Source: Bacillus subtilis subsp. subtilis str. 168 (GTDB taxonomy: Bacteria; Bacillota; Bacilli; Bacillales; Bacillaceae). Taken from it: a stretch of DNA of 32,000 nt. The stretch is taken from the NCBI RefSeq assembly GCF_000009045.1, contig NC_000964.3, forward strand, positions 3,360,001-3,392,000. The letters are read 5' to 3'. Shown here in pieces: positions 1 to 7,039 of this stretch (its first letter is position 1; each line of letters begins with the position of its first letter). The position numbers and the translations under genes are program-made. The notes below the pieces were generated by a model that did no database searches, was not told the origin of the DNA, and saw only the letters and a list, made by a program, of their open reading frames with translations.

Positions 1-780
1 TTCTTGGCCAACAGTTTCGTCTTCAATGCCAAGTTCTTGTTTGATCCAGTCATAACCTTCTGCTTCAAGACGCTGTGCAAGCTCTGCACCGCCGGATTTT
101 ACAACGCGGCCTTGCATCATAACGTGAACAACATCCGGAGTGATGTAGTTTAACAGGCGCTGATAGTGAGTGATCATCAGGCAGCCGAAGTTTTCGCTGC
201 GCATTTTGTTGATCCCTTTTGATACAACTTTCAAAGCGTCAATATCAAGGCCTGAGTCAATTTCATCAAGGATGGCGATTTTCGGTTCAATCATCATTAA
301 TTGAAGGATTTCGTTGCGTTTTTTCTCCCCGCCTGAGAAGCCTTCGTTAAGATAGCGCTGAGCCATTTCAGGGTCCATTTCAAGGAACTCCATGTTTTCG
401 TCCATTTTGCGGATGAATTTCATGAGAGAAATTTCATCGCCTTCTTCTCTGCGCGCGTTGATTGCTGAGCGAAGGAAGTCGGCATTTGTCACACCGCTGA
501 TTTCACTTGGGTACTGCATTGCAAGGAATAAGCCTGCCTGCGCACGCTCGTCCACTTCCATCTCCAGTACATCTTTGCCGTCAAGCGTGATGCTGCCTTT
601 TGTTACTTCATATTTAGGATGCCCCATAATAGCAGCTGATAAAGTGGATTTACCAGTTCCGTTCGGGCCCATTACTGCGTGGAATTCTCCACCTTTTATT
701 TCAAGGTTTACACCCTTTAAGATCTCTTTCCCTTCGATTTCAACGTGAAGATCTTTGATCGTTAATGTTGAAGCAGCCAT
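1..780 (-). CDS. sufC: Fe-S cluster assembly ATPase SufC (C-terminal ~1 codon plus stop lie outside the window)
   Basis: Open minus-strand frame from ATG 780-778 (GGAGG 7 nt upstream) to the window edge. It is absent from the ORF track because no stop lies in the window. Translation starts MAASTLTIKDLHVEIEGKEILKGVNLEIKGGEFHAVMGPNGTGKSTL. It carries Walker A GPNGTGKST, ABC signature FSGGEKKR and Walker B ILDEIDSGLD. Confidence 0.95.
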   Translation of the reverse strand, partial: MAASTLTIKDLHVEIEGKEILKGVNLEIKGGEFHAVMGPNGTGKSTLSAAIMGHPKYEVTKGSITLDGKDVLEMEVDERAQAGLFLAMQYPSEISGVTNADFLRSAINARREEGDEISLMKFIRKMDENMEFLEMDPEMAQRYLNEGFSGGEKKRNEILQLMMIEPKIAILDEIDSGLDIDALKVVSKGINKMRSENFGCLMITHYQRLLNYITPDVVHVMMQGRVVKSGGAELAQRLEAEGYDWIKQELGIEDETVGQE

Positions 781-924
781 ATCTATACCTCCAAAAATAT
801 ATAATCATTATTCTCATTTTATTCTCATTCTAATTTTATAACAAATGAAAAGTAAATACAACTTTTTATCGTGCCTTGCACATTCCTCAAGTTTAACAAA
901 GATCAGCACTTTATTAAAGCGATT

Positions 925-958
925 GAAAAAGAAAAAGAGTGGATTCCCACCCTTTTTT
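925..958 (-). terminator. weak rho-independent terminator after the yurZ / small-ORF unit
   Basis: Minus strand reads GGGTGG-GAAT-CCACTC (one G.U pair) followed by TTTTTCTTTTTC. The stem is only 6 bp. Confidence 0.35.
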
Positions 959-973
959 AAAAGATTGATTTTC

Positions 974-1111
974 TCAATAAGCTCCCGCAGAAATCCGCTT
1001 GCTTTTTTCATAATCAAGCTCTCTCTGCCGCTCTACTTTCATTCTTGTTTCCAGCCGGCGTCCATATTCCTCGTATCCAATTCCGTGTGACAGCTGCATC
1101 GCTTTTTCCAT
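974..1111 (-). CDS. possible 45-aa small protein (MEKAMQLSHGIGYEEYGRRLETRMKVERQRELDYEKSKRISAGAY)
   Basis: Below the 60-aa ORF-track cutoff. The stop codon sits about 20 nt upstream of the hairpin at 937-952. The sequence is charged and helix-like. There is no convincing Shine-Dalgarno before ATG 1111, so this call is weak. Confidence 0.25.
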   Translation of the reverse strand: MEKAMQLSHGIGYEEYGRRLETRMKVERQRELDYEKSKRISAGAY

Positions 1112-1304
1112 TTCTGACGTATAATCGAGGTTCAGTCTGTCCTGGCTGCTGCAAATAATGAATCAATCCCTTCATATATTTGCTTTTTATTGTACCAGTG
1201 CTGCGTTGGATGCCGCAAAAACGATTTGGCGTGAAATAGCGGCAGATGAGACGAAAGCATCCTTTCAGAACAAATGAGAATGGTTTTTCGGAATATTCCT
1301 TCTC

Positions 1305-1682
1305 TTAATGCGTGGTGTTTCCGAATTCCTCAATGCACTGTTGAACGACTGTCACGCCTTGGCTGAAAGCTGCGCCGCCTCCAAATGCCGCTGCCACACT
1401 GACGGCTTCGAGAATGTTTTCTTCTGACGCTCCCTGATCAAGACAGCCTTTTGTATGATAGATCATGCAATATTCGTCCTGAGCATTGATGGCAATTCCG
1501 AGGGCGATCAGCTGTTTTTCTCTTTCAGTCAGAGAATTCCCGGCAAAGCACTGTTCAGTAAATTCGTTAAATTTTCTTCCCATCAGCGGCATCTTTTGTT
1601 CAAATGTGCCTAAACCATGTTTATATTGTTTTAACGCGTCCTGCATGCTTCCTCTGTCTTGATTCAAAGAAAATCCCTCCAT
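1305..1682 (-). CDS. yurZ: carboxymuconolactone decarboxylase / AhpD-like family protein
   Basis: 125-aa ORF with a CMD-family core ([23 protein letters not shown]). It lies between the suf and met operons, as I recall for B. subtilis. Confidence 0.85.
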
Positions 1683-1730
1683 CTGTTTAACATTCCTTTT
1701 TATTATGAACAGCTTTTAGGAAAATACGCG

Positions 1731-1760
1731 AAAAAAACCCCGGAATTCTCATCCGGGGTT
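1731..1760 (-). terminator. rho-independent terminator of the metNPQ operon
   Basis: ACCCCGGA-attctca-TCCGGGGT hairpin with a T-run on the minus strand, a few nt after the metQ stop. Confidence 0.8.
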
Positions 1761-1766
1761 TCAGTC

Positions 1767-2591
1767 TTATTCAGATACAGGAAGCACAGCTCCGTCGTAT
1801 TTTTTCTCGATGAAGTCTTTGATCTTTTTAGAGTGAAGAACTTCCATCAGCGCTTTGATTTTTGCAGAATCTTCTTCGCCTTTTCTTACTGCGATGATGT
1901 TAGCGTATGGGTTGTTTTTCGTTGATTCTACTTCAATTGCGTCTTTTTTAGGATTTAATTTATTTTGGATCGCATAGTTTACATTGATGAAGACCGCGTC
2001 TCCTTCTTTGTTTTCATATGCTTTTGCCGTTAATTCAGGCGCTACTTTTTTGAATTCAAGGTTTTTCGGGTTTTTCTTAATGTCTTTCAATGTTGCGTCA
2101 ACTGTTTCCACTTTAGAATCAAGAGTGATTAATCCAGCGTTTTCAAGCATTGCAAGCATACGGCCTTGTTCAGCAACGTTGTTTGTCAGAATGATTGTCG
2201 CACCGTCTGGAAGGTCTTTCAGTGATTTGTATGTTTTAGAGTAAATACCGAATGGCTCTAAGTGAACAGCGCCGGCATTCACAAGTTTGTAATCTGTGTT
2301 TTCTTTCATTTCTTGCTCAAGGTAAGGAATGTGCTGGAAGTAGTTCGCGTCCACTTCTTTATCAGCTAAAGCTTTATTGTACATTTTGTAATCACTAAGC
2401 ACTTTCACTTTCAGCGTATAGCCTTTTTCTTTCAGCAATGGTTCAGCTTCTTTTAAAATTTCCGCATGCGGTGTTTTTGTTGCCGCAACGACAATTTCTT
2501 TCTTGCCGGATTCAGCGCCGTTATTCGAACCGCAGGCAGCCATAACTCCTGCAAATACAAGCAGTAATGCACCCAAAAATAGCTTTTTCAA
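1767..2591 (-). CDS. metQ: methionine ABC transporter substrate-binding lipoprotein
   Basis: 274-aa ORF with a TTG start and GGGAGG RBS. The N-terminus MKKLFLGALLLVFAGVMAAC is a signal peptide with a lipobox. NlpA/MetQ family, last gene after metN-metP. Confidence 0.93.
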   Translation of the reverse strand: MKKLFLGALLLVFAGVMAACGSNNGAESGKKEIVVAATKTPHAEILKEAEPLLKEKGYTLKVKVLSDYKMYNKALADKEVDANYFQHIPYLEQEMKENTDYKLVNAGAVHLEPFGIYSKTYKSLKDLPDGATIILTNNVAEQGRMLAMLENAGLITLDSKVETVDATLKDIKKNPKNLEFKKVAPELTAKAYENKEGDAVFINVNYAIQNKLNPKKDAIEVESTKNNPYANIIAVRKGEEDSAKIKALMEVLHSKKIKDFIEKKYDGAVLPVSE

Positions 2592-2604
2592 TGTAAATCC
2601 TCCC

Positions 2605-3273
2605 TTATCGTTTGTCTATAATATTTGTTATTAGATCACCGATGATTTGAATAATAAACACGATGATTAAAATAAACACAGTAGCAACGAAGGTAACATC
2701 AGCGTTATTAGACTGATATCCTTCTACGTACGCAAGGTTTCCAAGGCCTCCTGAACCAATGGCTCCGGCAATTGCCGTTGAACCGATTAAAGCGATGGCT
2801 GTAACCGTAATGCCAGAAATAAGAGCAGGCATTGATTCCGGAATCAGCACTTTGAAAATAATCGTAGACGTTTTCGCGCCCATTGATTTAGCTGCTTCAA
2901 TCACACCTTTATCCACCTCACGCAGCGCGATTTCAACAAGGCGCGCGTAAAATGGTGCCGAGCCGATTACCAGCGCCGGCAATGCGGCGTTTGGCCCTAA
3001 GATCGTGCCGACTAAAAATTTCGTAAAACCTAATAGTAAAATAATTAAAATAAGGAACGGAATCGATCTGAATATGTTAACAACGGCTGCAATCACTGAG
3101 TTGACCGCTTTATTCTGCCAGAGGCTTCCTTTGCTCGTCAGAAAGAGCAGCAAGCCGAGGATGACCCCGATGACAAAAGCAAACAGTAAAGAAATCAGCG
3201 TCATATAAAGTGTTTCATATGTCGCGTTCCATAATTCAGTTAAATCAACGTTCGGGAAGTATTTTTCAAACAT
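2605..3273 (-). CDS. metP: methionine ABC transporter permease
   Basis: 222-aa polytopic membrane protein of the MetI type. Its start overlaps the metN stop (ATGTTTGA). Confidence 0.93.
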   Translation of the reverse strand: MFEKYFPNVDLTELWNATYETLYMTLISLLFAFVIGVILGLLLFLTSKGSLWQNKAVNSVIAAVVNIFRSIPFLILIILLLGFTKFLVGTILGPNAALPALVIGSAPFYARLVEIALREVDKGVIEAAKSMGAKTSTIIFKVLIPESMPALISGITVTAIALIGSTAIAGAIGSGGLGNLAYVEGYQSNNADVTFVATVFILIIVFIIQIIGDLITNIIDKR

Positions 3274-4291
3274 TCGTGATCACCTCTGCTTTCACCTGTT
3301 TGTCATTAATGAATCGGATCACGTTTTGCACTTCTTCCTCGTCCCCGTCAATGTGGATGAACAGTGAACCGTAAGCCCCATCCTTCGTCTGCGAAATTTT
3401 CCCTTGCAGAATATTGACGCTGACATTGAAGTTTCTGATCATCTCTGTAATCAGAGGCTGTTCAGCTGACTCACCGACAAATGTGAGCTGAACCATTTTT
3501 CCTGATGCTGTATCATCAAGAAGGTGCTGAAGCGTCTCTTTCGTTTCTTCCGGCTCTGTCACCTGTTGAACAAATCGTTTTGTCATTTGTTCCTTTGGAT
3601 TTTTGAAGACATCGAGAACCTCGCCTTCTTCGACCACCTTGCCGTTTTCCATGACGGCGACTCTGTTGCAGATTTTGCGTATGACATGCATTTCGTGCGT
3701 AATCAGCACAATCGTCAAACCGAGTCTTTCATTAATATCGGACAATAGATCCAGAATTGAATCTGTCGTTTGCGGATCTAATGCTGATGTCGCTTCGTCA
3801 CAAAGAAGAACCTTCGGATTGTTTGCAAGCGCTCTGGCAATTCCGACACGCTGCTTCTGACCGCCGCTCAGCTGGGACGGATAAGATTTTTCTTTTCCTT
3901 CTAAACCTACCAGTTTAATCAGTTCATTGGCGCGCTTGATCCGCTCGCTCTTTTTCACCCCGGCAATTTCTAAAGGAAACATGATATTATCTCTGACAGT
4001 CCGCGACCAAAGCAAATTGAAATGCTGGAAAATCATACTGATCTCATGGCGTGCTTTTCTTAAACCGCGTCCATTTACTTCATTAATCTTGGTTCCCGCC
4101 ACTTCCACGGTTCCTGAGGTTGGTTTCTCAAGGCCGTTCAGCAGACGGATTAAGGAACTCTTACCAGCTCCGCTATATCCTATAATTCCAAAAATCTCAC
4201 CTTTTTTAATGGAAAGCGAGACGTTTTGGACAGCATTGACATCTCCATGTTTCGACTTGTAAACTTTTGAAACATCCTGAAGATTGATCAA
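3266..4291 (-). CDS. metN: methionine ABC transporter ATP-binding protein
   Basis: Walker A GYSGAGKSSL, signature LSGGQKQRV, Walker B LLCDEATSALD, and a C-terminal NIL domain. I place the start at TTG 4291 (AAGGCAGGTGA RBS), giving 341 aa. The track's longer ORF to 4363 would run through the riboswitch terminator hairpin. Confidence 0.92.
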   Translation of the reverse strand: MINLQDVSKVYKSKHGDVNAVQNVSLSIKKGEIFGIIGYSGAGKSSLIRLLNGLEKPTSGTVEVAGTKINEVNGRGLRKARHEISMIFQHFNLLWSRTVRDNIMFPLEIAGVKKSERIKRANELIKLVGLEGKEKSYPSQLSGGQKQRVGIARALANNPKVLLCDEATSALDPQTTDSILDLLSDINERLGLTIVLITHEMHVIRKICNRVAVMENGKVVEEGEVLDVFKNPKEQMTKRFVQQVTEPEETKETLQHLLDDTASGKMVQLTFVGESAEQPLITEMIRNFNVSVNILQGKISQTKDGAYGSLFIHIDGDEEEVQNVIRFINDKQVKAEVITNV

Positions 4292-4340
4292 AGCAATCAC
4301 CTGCCTTAACACTATTCTAAGAAATCTTCCGGTTTTTTCT

Positions 4341-4505
4341 GCAAAAGAAAAGCCTTTCTGCACACTTGAGCAGAAAGGCTTATATAAAATGCCTTTCTCT
4401 CATCTTTCAAAGCTGAACGCTTCGTGTGAATTGGCACCATTTCAACAGTGTTGATGGTTGCCGGGCTTCATAGGGCACTTCCCTCCACCTCTCTTGATAA
4501 GAGAA
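4341..4505 (-). promoter_or_regulatory. S-box (SAM-I) riboswitch leader with intrinsic terminator, upstream of metN
   Basis: Minus strand reads TTCTCTTATCAAGAGAGGTGGAGGGAAGTGCCCTATGAAGCCCGGCAACC...GGTGCCAATTC...AGATGAGAGAAAGG, the classic S-box conserved core. It is followed by the hairpin AAGCCTTTCTGC-tcaagtgt-GCAGAAAGGCTT plus TTTTCTTTT (4341-4381). Confidence 0.9.
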
Positions 4506-4540
4506 ATATATAGTCTTTTTCGTCCGGAAATTCTTAATGT

Positions 4541-4570
4541 AGAATAGCACGGCGAATGATTAAATGTCAA
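4541..4570 (-). promoter_or_regulatory. sigma-A type promoter for the S-box-metNPQ transcript
   Basis: Minus strand TTGACA (4570-4565), 18 nt spacer, TATTCT (4546-4541), about 30 nt upstream of the riboswitch. Confidence 0.5.
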
Positions 4571-4617
4571 TAAAATAAATGATGTCAACTTTTACTATTA
4601 TAATAATTTATTATTTT

Positions 4618-4962
4618 TTAATTTTTTAAAATCCTCTGAAAAAATCCATTTGTCAGCCAGAGAATGGCTTCCAGCTTTAACAGGGCCCTGAATGACCCCT
4701 TTACTTTGAGGCTTCCGCTCTGAATAAGGTGCTGAAGGGAAATGTCTCCGTGCAATAAATCAATAATTTCCGTTTGGTTTCCGTAAAAGGTCAGGTTGGA
4801 CGTTTGGGGCGGAGAAACTTTTTTCATTTCTCCCTGTTCGTTTATTGAGACGGTTAAGGCTTCTGCTTCTCCTTGGAAGGTAATGAGCAATGTTGAGGCA
4901 TTCAAAAGGGGTTTTAAAAACAGATGCTGATACTCATCTTCTAAAACTTCCGCTTTCTCCAT
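4618..4962 (-). CDS. yusD: SCP2 (sterol carrier protein-2-like) domain protein
   Basis: 114-aa ORF with an AGGAGG RBS. The C-terminal motif GSLKVKGSFRALLKLEAIL is typical of the SCP2 fold. Confidence 0.8.
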   Translation of the reverse strand: MEKAEVLEDEYQHLFLKPLLNASTLLITFQGEAEALTVSINEQGEMKKVSPPQTSNLTFYGNQTEIIDLLHGDISLQHLIQSGSLKVKGSFRALLKLEAILWLTNGFFQRILKN

Positions 4963-5068
4963 ATGTACAACCTCCTATTTGTTGGTCATACATACACATT
5001 TCTCTCTTTGTCGCAAGAACCCCTTTATAAAACGAACGACAATTTCATTGGATATGCTGAGAAATATG

Positions 5069-5389
5069 TCATAAATGGGATGCGGAAGATGATTTTTGTT
5101 TGATCAGCTCATATAAATAAGAAACGGAATGAAATGCATATCCTCTTTCGACCATCTTTCCGCCTTTAAACAGCAGAAAACAAGGGACGCTTTCAATTTG
5201 ATACGCTTTTGCGAATGTCGGAGAGTAATTGACATTGTTTTGATAGAAGGCGACATCCGGCAGCATTTCTTTCACCACTGTCAGCATTTTGCTTGCAAGC
5301 TGGCAGGTGCCGCAAAACGGAGTATATAAATATAGAAGGTACACATCATCTTCAATGTGATCAAGTTCGTGTTCTTGGAGTTCTTTCAT
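5069..5389 (-). CDS. yusE: thioredoxin-like protein (CGTC motif)
   Basis: Start at ATG 5389 (GAGGTG RBS), 106 aa. It has the motif YTPFCGTCQ in a thioredoxin-fold context and a cis-Pro motif ESVPCF. Confidence 0.85.
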   Translation of the reverse strand: MKELQEHELDHIEDDVYLLYLYTPFCGTCQLASKMLTVVKEMLPDVAFYQNNVNYSPTFAKAYQIESVPCFLLFKGGKMVERGYAFHSVSYLYELIKQKSSSASHL

Positions 5390-5390
5390 G

Positions 5391-5831
5391 CTATACACCT
5401 CGGGACTTTCTTTCAAGAAAAATAGTATGGACATTCAGATTCGCACGCAGCAATACAGAAGCGATATGGTGCCTGGGCGCAGCCGCTACTTCCTTATAGG
5501 CTCTGTCGACATGGAGATGGCAGGCTTCATTAAATTCACGCTTCAGCTGTTTTCTCAATTTCTCACCTGATTCATCAGCATCAACTAATATATAGACGTC
5601 TTTATCATAAAGCTCGTCAGCCAATTCCTCGAGCCTCAGCTGGCTGATTGTTCCGTTTGTGCAGATAATGCGCATCGGTTCATTCAGGACGCTTTCGATT
5701 TTCTCTTTATCTGATTTCCCCTCGACAATCATAACCTTTTCCAGCTCATCCATCTTCATCTTGTTCACCTGCCGCGTCAAATTTGAAATGTTCAGATTGT
5801 AAAAGAAGGCAGTGAAATTCACCGCCAACAT
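5391..5831 (-). CDS. yusF: Toprim-domain protein (RNase M5-like fold)
   Basis: Toprim motifs VMIVEGKSDK and YILVDADESGEKLR. The start is ambiguous. ATG 5831 overlaps the yusG stop (TAATG) and gives 146 aa. An internal ATG at 5759 has the better AGGTGA RBS and gives 122 aa. Confidence 0.8.
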   Translation of the reverse strand: MLAVNFTAFFYNLNISNLTRQVNKMKMDELEKVMIVEGKSDKEKIESVLNEPMRIICTNGTISQLRLEELADELYDKDVYILVDADESGEKLRKQLKREFNEACHLHVDRAYKEVAAAPRHHIASVLLRANLNVHTIFLERKSRGV

Positions 5832-6067
5832 TAACACCAGCCGTTTTCGTAGTCACAATCTACATATTTTGCGTCGTCTCCAGAGACCACATCGGCTGTC
5901 TTATAAAATTTCTCATTTTCAAAGGAATAACCGGACTTAAGCTCATATTCATTCATGCTTGTCATTTGGCCGATCATCTCATTATCATGATATAACGAGA
6001 GCCGGCCATTTTGAAAGCGGCCTGTCACGTCATTGGTGACATCGAGCTTTTGTTTGTCGAAAGCCAT
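5831..6067 (-). CDS. yusG: small conserved protein of unknown function
   Basis: 78 aa from ATG 6067 with a GGGAGGTG RBS. It is tightly coupled to yusF. Confidence 0.75.
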   Translation of the reverse strand: MAFDKQKLDVTNDVTGRFQNGRLSLYHDNEMIGQMTSMNEYELKSGYSFENEKFYKTADVVSGDDAKYVDCDYENGWC

Positions 6068-6122
6068 ATTGGACACCTCCCATAACGTTAGCGTGTCCAA
6101 TTGCTTTTACGGCTATCCTGTT

Positions 6123-6506
6123 TTAGTCTTCTTGTGTCATCTCTTCGTATTGCTCTGCTGTCATCAGTTTTTCAATTTCAGAAGCGTCAGATGGCTCAAC
6201 GACGATCATCCATGCTTTTTCGTACGGAGATTCGTTGACGAATTCCGGACTGTCATCAAGATCTTCGTTTACTTCCACAACCGTTCCGTTAATCGGTGCA
6301 TAAAGCTCAGATACCGTTTTAACGGATTCAACACTGCCGAATGGCTCGTCCGCTTTGATTTCAGCGCCCACTTCAGGAAGTTCGACAAACACGATGTCGC
6401 CTAGTTCGGACTGGGCAAAATGCGTAATTCCGATTCTGGCTTTTTCTCCTTCAACTTTTACCCACTCGTGTTCTCCTGAGTAACGCAAATCTTTTGGTAT
6501 GCTCAA
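6123..6506 (-). CDS. gcvH: glycine cleavage system H protein / lipoyl carrier
   Basis: 127 aa from TTG 6506 (GGAGGG RBS). It has the lipoyl-lysine motif [15 protein letters not shown] and the H-protein N-terminus [12 protein letters not shown]. Confidence 0.93.
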   Translation of the reverse strand: MSIPKDLRYSGEHEWVKVEGEKARIGITHFAQSELGDIVFVELPEVGAEIKADEPFGSVESVKTVSELYAPINGTVVEVNEDLDDSPEFVNESPYEKAWMIVVEPSDASEIEKLMTAEQYEEMTQED

Positions 6507-6572
6507 TTGAATCCCTCCATTTTTTACAGCACTACAATAAGAAGATACCACACTTTTCAAAAAAAATTTACA

Positions 6573-6929
6573 TTAAGCCCAGTTTTCTTCAAATTGGTCT
6601 TCTTTAAATCCGACAGTCACTTTTTCGCCGTCTGTTGTAAGCGGGCGTTTAATTAGCATACCATCTGAAGCCAGCAGTTCGAGCTGTTCGTCCTCTGACA
6701 TATGATACAGCTTTTCCTTGAGATTGAGCTCGCGGTATTTCATGCCGCTCGTGTTGAAAAATTTCTTGAGATCCAGCCCGCTTTTTTCATAAAGCGCTTT
6801 TAATTCTTCTTTGCTTGGCGGCTGCTCAGCAATATGTATTTCGTTTATTTCTTTCCCATGCTCTTCAAGCCACTTCTTTGCTTTGCGGCACGTTCCGCAT
6901 TTAGGGTACCAGTAAAAAGTTAACGACAT
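6573..6929 (-). CDS. yusI: ArsC/Spx-family redox protein (CGTC motif)
   Basis: 118 aa from ATG 6929 (GAGGGGG RBS). The N-terminus MSLTFYWYPKCGTCRKAKKWLEEHG is typical of the ArsC/Spx/YffB fold. Confidence 0.85.
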   Translation of the reverse strand: MSLTFYWYPKCGTCRKAKKWLEEHGKEINEIHIAEQPPSKEELKALYEKSGLDLKKFFNTSGMKYRELNLKEKLYHMSEDEQLELLASDGMLIKRPLTTDGEKVTVGFKEDQFEENWA

Positions 6930-7000
6930 CTTCTTCCCCCTCAATAAAATAATCGAGGTTATTTTAACACAGTTTGTTTTAAAAACCTAAAACAGTGCTT

Positions 7001-7031
7001 CTTAAAAAAGAGCTCCGCGCATGCGGAGCTC
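7001..7031 (-). terminator. rho-independent terminator of fadNAE
   Basis: GAGCTCCGC-gcat-GCGGAGCTC perfect 9-bp stem with a T-run on the minus strand, 9 nt after the fadE stop. Confidence 0.85.
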
Positions 7032-7039
7032 ATGGCCAA

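Noticed and set aside
392-748. 118-aa plus-strand ORF
   Set aside because: It lies entirely antisense to the clearly recognisable sufC coding sequence. Its composition is S/P/I-rich, typical of a shadow frame, and it has no RBS.
814-1090. 67-aa minus-strand and 81-aa plus-strand ORFs in the sufC upstream region
   Set aside because: Both are low-complexity (F/K/L-rich). Both read straight through the hairpin/T-run at 925-958 and the suf promoter region, and neither has an RBS.
4292-4363. 24-codon N-terminal extension of metN in the ORF track (ATG 4363)
   Set aside because: The extension covers the S-box terminator hairpin and has no RBS. TTG 4291 with AAGGCAGGTGA gives the canonical 341-aa MetN.
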